Source: a virus
DNA length: 64,000 bases
Virus record (IMG/VR): IMGVR_UViG_3300042484_002041
Coordinates: 1-64,000 of that record
Direction: 5' to 3' (one strand)
Below, in pieces: positions 57,997-64,000 of this stretch (within the stretch, counting starts at the first letter, position 1; each line of letters opens with the position of its first letter). The notes beneath the pieces were generated by a model. That model saw only the letters and a program-made list of their open reading frames with translations. It searched no databases and was not told where the DNA came from. The position numbers and the translations under genes are program-made.

Positions 57997-58071
57997 GCCC
58001 CTTTAGCATAGTGGTACTGCAATCGCCTTGTAAGCGATAGAGCGTCTGTTCGATTCAGACAAGGGGCACCA
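57997..58071 (+). tRNA. tRNA-Thr(TGT)
   Basis: Cloverleaf, CCA. Confidence 0.9.
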
Positions 58072-58077
58072 CATTAT

Positions 58078-58153
58078 CTCCGTAAAGTGTTATCTGGTGG
58101 CATGCTGCGTTTGGGACGCAGTGGTGAAGGTTCAAATCCTTCTATGGAGACCA
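58078..58153 (+). tRNA. tRNA-Pro(TGG)
   Basis: CTGCG-TTTGGGA-CGCAG, CCA. Confidence 0.85.
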
Positions 58154-58202
58154 GTCATGTTGTTATCCTGTACACCATAAATATACAGTAGGAGTAATAA
58201 TT

Positions 58203-58427
58203 ATGACAAAGAAATTTACATTCACTAACTCAACCGGTAATCCTGTTGTAACTCATCGGGCCTGGGTTAACACCTTATCGCCAGGTGACCAAGAAAAATT
58301 TACCGCAGCAAATATTAGACAAAATGCTAGTATAGCCGCAGATCCAACCGCAGACAATGATCCCGAATGGAGTAGTTTTTGGGATAGGTATATTAAAGAA
58401 ACAAACACAGTGTTAACTGTAGAGTAA
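58203..58427 (+). CDS. Hypothetical protein
   Basis: TAAATA and AGGAG upstream. Confidence 0.65.
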   Translation: MTKKFTFTNSTGNPVVTHRAWVNTLSPGDQEKFTAANIRQNASIAADPTADNDPEWSSFWDRYIKETNTVLTVE

Positions 58428-58468
58428 GAATCGGTTCCTTCTATGGCGATCCTCTAATAAATAGGATC

Positions 58469-59542
58469 ATGAGAGAATACATAGTTTTTGATTATAAACC
58501 AACTGACAAGCGCAATTCAATTTGGCGCAATTCAATTTGGTTTGAGTTAAACAACTCTTCTTACCGAATGGTAGGATTTGAACACCGAGGTCAAATCAAT
58601 TTTTGTTGTAATCCTAGTGAAATACTTCGAACGCAACACCACACAATGCTGAGCCTTGATATCTTTCATAATTATGAAAATCAAGGGAAAGTACTAACAT
58701 CAAAAGCAAATGATCACAGTGACATTATAATAACCAATGTCGTAGATCCTAGAATTCAGCATAAAAATATTGTGTTTAGTGACTTTTTGTTTAATCGAAC
58801 AAAAGCTTACTATAGCCAATATCCATTTAACGCCGGCACTACACCTTGGTATCATGCCGGCACTAATGCGTACATCAACCCCCCATTAACCCGTGCTGAC
58901 AACAAGAAGCTTATTTTTGTAGCGGCTTGTAGAACTCATATTGGCAAGAGAATTTATCGAACTCGATTAGCAAAGCTGCTAGAAAGTTATAAACAGCTAG
59001 GCCATCTTGGGCTCGGCGACAACACAATAAATTCGTTATATTCTCACTCAGACTTTCCCAATCATAGCTTAACACAGCTCGACCACGAAAAAAAGACTTA
59101 TTGCAAACGTATTGTCAAGTGGGGCGAAGAATATGCAGCATATTCTGGGTACAACCCACCGCACAATGAATACTACAAGAACACGTTTATCAGTATCTAT
59201 GGAGAAACTATAGAATTTGGGCTAACCACTGCTGTAACAGAAAAAACCTGGGATCCGCTGATCAAAGGGCATTTTATATTGCCGTTTAGCAATGCAGGGT
59301 TTATTGGATATCTTCAGAGTATTGGCATTCAGTTTCCGGACTTTATTAATTACAGTTACGATACCATAATCGACGATGAAAAAAGATTCGCAGCATACAG
59401 CGACGAAGTAAAACGGTTACTGGCACTGGACTTGGACGCCTGGCGAGCGCTGTGGGACAACAATCTGCACACACTGCTGGCCAACAAGAGATATTTCTAT
59501 AACCGAGACTATCATAGAATAGATTTAGAGCAATTTCTATGA
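58469..59542 (+). CDS. Glycosyltransferase-like hypothetical protein
   Basis: FISIYGET...TEKTWDPL.KGH, YSYD. Confidence 0.5.
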   Translation: MREYIVFDYKPTDKRNSIWRNSIWFELNNSSYRMVGFEHRGQINFCCNPSEILRTQHHTMLSLDIFHNYENQGKVLTSKANDHSDIIITNVVDPRIQHKNIVFSDFLFNRTKAYYSQYPFNAGTTPWYHAGTNAYINPPLTRADNKKLIFVAACRTHIGKRIYRTRLAKLLESYKQLGHLGLGDNTINSLYSHSDFPNHSLTQLDHEKKTYCKRIVKWGEEYAAYSGYNPPHNEYYKNTFISIYGETIEFGLTTAVTEKTWDPLIKGHFILPFSNAGFIGYLQSIGIQFPDFINYSYDTIIDDEKRFAAYSDEVKRLLALDLDAWRALWDNNLHTLLANKRYFYNRDYHRIDLEQFL

Positions 59543-60303
59543 ACATATTAATGTTGGGCTGTAGTGTCGGAGTTCCTAATTATGCGTATGGTATAATACC
59601 AAAAAAACCCACACGACAAAGGTGGACCGCACCCCGAAACACAACACCAACTGACGCTCATATTGAGTTCTTGCTGCGCAGCCGTGGATATAACGTCGTT
59701 AACTGTTCACAAAATGACAGCAGTAATTTAAACAGTTTAGATCGAGCAAGAAAATTATTAGCCGGTGAAGCTGTAACACATCCCAAATACAATACTGATG
59801 GTGTTGATCGAGATACAATAAAACTAGAACATCCGCCGGGCAACATTGATTGGGTGATTTGGTTTCACACCGAACTTGCCCGAGACGCTAGTGATGCTGA
59901 ACTTGCCCGATACCCTATAATAAATCTGCTCAACAATACTGCCGAGATTGTGTACCGTGCATATGCGCAGTTTATACAAGAGCTTGGCGCCCAGGTGGCT
60001 GTCATCGGCGGTGCCGGCGATGTATTGCCTAGCATGTACCGCCATATACAACCTACCTTCTGTATACCAAGTTGGCGCAGCTATATTTTTAAAGAGTCGT
60101 TGCCCTCAATGAACTTTCTTAGTAGATTAGAAAAATTCAATCTTATTGCAGACACCACAGAAAACAAGATGTTGATGCTACAACAACAAGAGATCGTAAG
60201 GGCCAAGTTGGCTGCTAGCGACCTCTTCCCCGATAATAACCATCCCGGGGAAGTGCCGCATCGTGAGCTAGCAGGGTTATTACACCGCGTGTTTCAAGCT
60301 TGA
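59539..60303 (+). CDS. SGNH-hydrolase-like protein
   Basis: LGCS, SSN, DNNHP...H. Confidence 0.55.
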   Translation: MNILMLGCSVGVPNYAYGIIPKKPTRQRWTAPRNTTPTDAHIEFLLRSRGYNVVNCSQNDSSNLNSLDRARKLLAGEAVTHPKYNTDGVDRDTIKLEHPPGNIDWVIWFHTELARDASDAELARYPIINLLNNTAEIVYRAYAQFIQELGAQVAVIGGAGDVLPSMYRHIQPTFCIPSWRSYIFKESLPSMNFLSRLEKFNLIADTTENKMLMLQQQEIVRAKLAASDLFPDNNHPGEVPHRELAGLLHRVFQA

Positions 60304-60337
60304 CCATTAATTCCCGTTGTGCTATACTGTGTAATAT

Positions 60338-60802
60338 ATGCCCTGGATTCAGAACATTTCGCTAGAAGACATTAACTTGGGTCGCCATATCGAGCCCGGA
60401 GTCAACGCCATGCTGATTCAGATCATGGATCCTCCAGGCGACTTCCCTGATCCGTTGCCCACGGTCAAGTTTAAAGAAACACATCAGTTCCAGTTCTTTG
60501 ATGTAGAGGAAACAGATCCTGTGCCAGATGAAGAAATGCGTTGCAGCCCGGATCAGGCAGCCCGGCTGGTGCAACTGTTACAGCGCGCCTTGGCCAATCG
60601 AATGCATGTGATAGTGCACTGCCACGCAGGTGTGTGCAGGAGTGGCGCTGTGGCCGAGGTGGGTGTCATGCTGGGCTTTGACGATGCCGAAGCTTTTCGC
60701 AGTCCTAACCTGTTGGTCAAGCACCGCATGTTGGCTGCGCTGGGCTGGCCCTACGACAAACACGAGCCCTGCACCATAAACGGCGTCCCGTTCAGCGGTT
60801 GA
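60338..60802 (+). CDS. Protein tyrosine/dual-specificity phosphatase-like protein
   Basis: VHCHAGVCRS (CX5R). Confidence 0.85.
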   Translation: MPWIQNISLEDINLGRHIEPGVNAMLIQIMDPPGDFPDPLPTVKFKETHQFQFFDVEETDPVPDEEMRCSPDQAARLVQLLQRALANRMHVIVHCHAGVCRSGAVAEVGVMLGFDDAEAFRSPNLLVKHRMLAALGWPYDKHEPCTINGVPFSG

Positions 60803-60856
60803 CCATTAATTCCCGTTGTGCTATAATGTATTTACTGTAGCAAAACGGAGCAAGAA

Positions 60857-61204
60857 ATGGCTTATATTCTTTTTCATCGCACTACTGGCCGGCGCATCAA
60901 GAGCTATCCTACACTGAGCGGCGCTCGGCGCGGCATGACAGTTTCCAACAAGAACGCAGGTTGGGAAATGGTGTGCAAAATATGGTACGGTGCAGTCGAG
61001 AGCCAGCATGGTCGCTGCCACAATGCACGGCCGGCCTCTTATGGGGCGGCTCCGTACAGTCTGGCACACGAAGCTGATTACCAAAAGCTTTACGGCAACC
61101 AGACTCGGACTGTGCATAACTTGATGACCGGTGCACTGGTAGAAGAAGACATCAACACCCCTTTTGCTTGCAGCGTGTCTAGCGAATCATACTGGAGTAG
61201 CTGA
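60857..61204 (+). CDS. Early hypothetical protein
   Basis: Behind a promoter cassette; C-terminal NTPFACSVSSESYWS. Confidence 0.7.
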   Translation: MAYILFHRTTGRRIKSYPTLSGARRGMTVSNKNAGWEMVCKIWYGAVESQHGRCHNARPASYGAAPYSLAHEADYQKLYGNQTRTVHNLMTGALVEEDINTPFACSVSSESYWSS

Positions 61205-61205
61205 C

Positions 61206-64000
61206 ATGAAAACACGGATTGAGATCTTGGCTGAACAGGCCACAGAAATAGATCCCAATGCTCTAGAAGGTGCCGTTGGACCCGGAGTGTTTAACAAAGA
61301 AAAGTTTGCCGAACTGCTCATACACGAGTGCGCCGAGGTGGGTGCATACTATGGCAACAACGTTCGATATTTGATCCTTGATAACTTTGGACTCAAGCCA
61401 TGACTCAAAATCAACAACTCTTTATCAACGGCATCTGCTCTGCTATAGTGTCAGGCGATTTTGCCATGTTCACTAACCCGGCCAATTGCGGCGCTAACTT
61501 TAAGTGGGACGAGTTCGCTGACATGATGGCAGAACGGTGTCGCACTGATATCTTTATGTATGTCAAGTTGACCAAGAAGAACACTGCAGAAGTACAGGCT
61601 CATGCAGAACTAGTTGGACGCAGGGTTGCTACAGAATTGCTGTGGAGAGCGAGGACGGTATGAACGAAAAGATTCGACAACTTGCCAAGTGCAATGAACG
61701 TATCCAAAACTTTTTTGAAACAGGGCCGGTGCAACGTGCTGCTATCGAGGAGTTCGCCGAACTGATTGTTCGGGAATGTGCTCATTTAGTTGACACTCTT
61801 AACGAAGCATACGGAGCACCTAGCACTGCTGGGAAATTTATCAAACAACAGTTCGGAGTTAAGGAATGAAAACAGAATTTGAAATGACCCTGTGGGATGA
61901 TGAGGAAACAGAAAAAAACTTGACGATACTAAATCGTCTTGAGGCATTGTTTGATCACTCAAAGAACACTTTGCCCAAAGATTATTTTTGGTTCAGCGAT
62001 AATTTGCCAGTGGGTTCTCGGGTGAAAATTACATTTGAGGTGATTGAATGAACGCACGAATCACAGCAATTATGCAAAAATGTTTTGACATCACGATTGA
62101 TCAGCGCGGCCGCGAAGAATGCACCGCGGACTACGCCAACATCCAGATGTTTGTTCAACTGATCGGGTTGGAGTGTATCAAGGAAATTGAAACTGCCGCT
62201 TATCACGATTCGTGTGAGGACTGGGAGTATGGTTATAACTCTGGGTTACGCAAAGCAAAAGAGTTGATTGTTAAACACTTTGAGGTGGAAGAATGAGTGC
62301 GTGGAGTCATCTGCCTAACGCGGCACATATTGATCGTGTAATTGAATCCTCAAACTCATATCCTGAAGTTTGGAATGTGGCTTATGATTCGGCTTGGGAT
62401 GCGGCTTGGGATGCGGCTTGGGATGCGGCTTATACTGCGGCTCGGGATGCGGCTCGGGATGCGGCTTATACTGCGGCTTGGGATGCGGCTCGGAATGCGG
62501 TTTTGGCATTTATTGCATACGATGATGCTGCCAACTACCTGGCTATGCCTAGTGATCAATTGAAGGCCTGGGCTATACTGAGTGAAAACCCAGCGGCGAT
62601 CTTATTGTTGCCTGTAGTAATCGCATATGAACGAATTAGTGAATGGGAGTTGGCATGAACGAACGAATTGAACAACTTGCCGATGAGGCCGGTGCCGATA
62701 TTTGGGGACACCAAGTAATGGCTAGTCGGCATTTTGATATAGAAAAGTTCGCCGAACTTATTGTTCGGGAATGTGTCGACTTGTTGCCAGCTGATATGAC
62801 ACATGGCCCGGACAGTCGTCCGTTGTTGCAAGTATTCAAAGAACATTTCGGAGTTGCGGAATGACCGAGAAGATTAAACTACTAGCCGAACAGGCTGGGT
62901 TAGGTCAGGAACGATGGTCCACGACGGAACAGTTTAATTCTTTCCTAGACAAGTTCGGCGAACTGATTGTGGCAGAATGTGTAGGAATTATTGAATCTCA
63001 ACAAGTGCCAGTCGGTAACAGTCCGGCTGGCGAGATGGCGGCTGATTGGACAATAGCTGCGCTTAGTGAGTGTCGGACTGAAATAAAAGAACATTTCGGA
63101 GTCAAATGATGATTCGTGCGGCGGGTGATTATATCACCAACACCATAGCAACCCTGTTTATACTATGTGTTGTATTTGTACCACTAGGCATATGGAAACT
63201 TGCGGAAATAGCTATTTGGTGTTATAATCATATCAGTATCGGAATCAAGTGATGAACGAACGAATTGAACAGTGTTTATACCTGTCAGGGCTAACTGCAC
63301 AGGGATGCTGGGACGAATTGGATGATTATGCTAAACAGGGTATATACAAGTTCGCCGAACTTATTGTTCGGGAATGTTTAGCACAATGTTTAGCACAGGT
63401 TGATAAAGTAGATGAGATGCTTGAGGATGACAGCGAGAAAGCAGGCGTGGCCTGGGTAGGATATGCAATTGAAAAACATTTCGGAGTTGAAGAATGATTG
63501 AAGATCGTATTATTGACGACAAGATTATGTTGAAAGATTTACTAGCACAGGCTGTGTGCCTTGGTGTCAAGGCCGGTCGTGAAGAACTTGATTACACTAG
63601 TCGTGGTGCTTGGCATATTGCCGAAGACATTCTGAACGAGACGGAAGAAATTCTAAGTCACCGTGAACGCATAATGGGCTTTAGAACTATAGCTGTTCAA
63701 ATGGTAGAAAAATTAAATCTTTTGGCAGATCAAGAATGAGAACAGCATATTCCAGTTTGAAGTCGGGCAGAAAACCTAGTAAGCCTCAGGGCTATCTGAG
63801 GGATCCTACTCCTGAAGAATGGAAGAAAACAATGGATGAATATTACAAACAACAGTCACAAAGTAGATACAACGGCAATAGGGGACGGTGGTGAACGAAC
63901 GAATCAAACTCCCGGCTCAAGAATGGTTGGGATATGATCCAGAAAAAGGCGATCTTCATGGTTACACCGTTGAACAGATGCGAGAGTTCGCCGAGTTGAT
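61206..64000 (+). repeat. Tandem family of small MNERI...KFAELIVREC...HFGV paralogs (61206, 61660, 62048, 62655, 62861, 63252, 63891-edge) mixed with unrelated small ORFs (61400, 61866, 62293, 63494)
   Basis: Recurrent protein motifs and nucleotide blocks AAGTTCGCCGAACTKATTGTTCGGGAATGT and AACATTTCGGAGT. Confidence 0.8.
62293..62658 (+). CDS. Protein with AAWD/AARD tetrapeptide repeats
   Basis: 12-nt tandem repeat GCGGCTTGGGAT and variants at about 62389-62500. Confidence 0.75.
   Translation: MSAWSHLPNAAHIDRVIESSNSYPEVWNVAYDSAWDAAWDAAWDAAYTAARDAARDAAYTAAWDAARNAVLAFIAYDDAANYLAMPSDQLKAWAILSENPAAILLLPVVIAYERISEWELA

Noticed and set aside
61206-64000. Diversity-generating retroelement behind the paralog array
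   Set aside because: No reverse transcriptase and no adenine-specific TR/VR pair are visible.

Overview
This window is 64 kb of a large, T4-like/jumbo dsDNA bacteriophage genome, almost entirely + strand and read with the standard genetic code. The host is probably Gram-negative (kdsA, sigma70-type promoters). Layout: (1) about 1-10 kb, putative head-packaged internal proteins with T4 capsid-targeting-like N-termini, a modular 'QGVAE' polyprotein and Dps; (2) 10-17 kb, replication genes (DsbA-like protein, family B DNA polymerase, probable sliding clamp); (3) 17-35 kb, a 7-deazaguanine DNA-modification set (DpdA/TGT-like, DpdL-like, FolE, QueD, QueE; no QueC seen) interleaved with a large nucleotide-sugar/glycosyltransferase island; (4) 35-50 kb, RNase H/5' exonuclease, other nucleases, radical SAM enzymes and early genes on repeated promoter cassettes; (5) 46-58 kb, 28 tRNA genes covering all 20 amino acids, with cargo genes (including an RNAP omega-like protein) and a family of long hairpins; (6) 58-64 kb, a hyperplastic array of small paralogous genes. 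The best candidate for an undescribed system heads the main tRNA array: a perfect sigma70 promoter drives a 41-codon leader ORF that contains all 20 amino acids (33 different codons), and its 3' end is the antiterminator strand of the terminator that follows. This looks like a translation-coupled attenuator that would switch on phage tRNAs when any host tRNA is depleted. All protein calls are from motif recognition by eye; no database searches were run.
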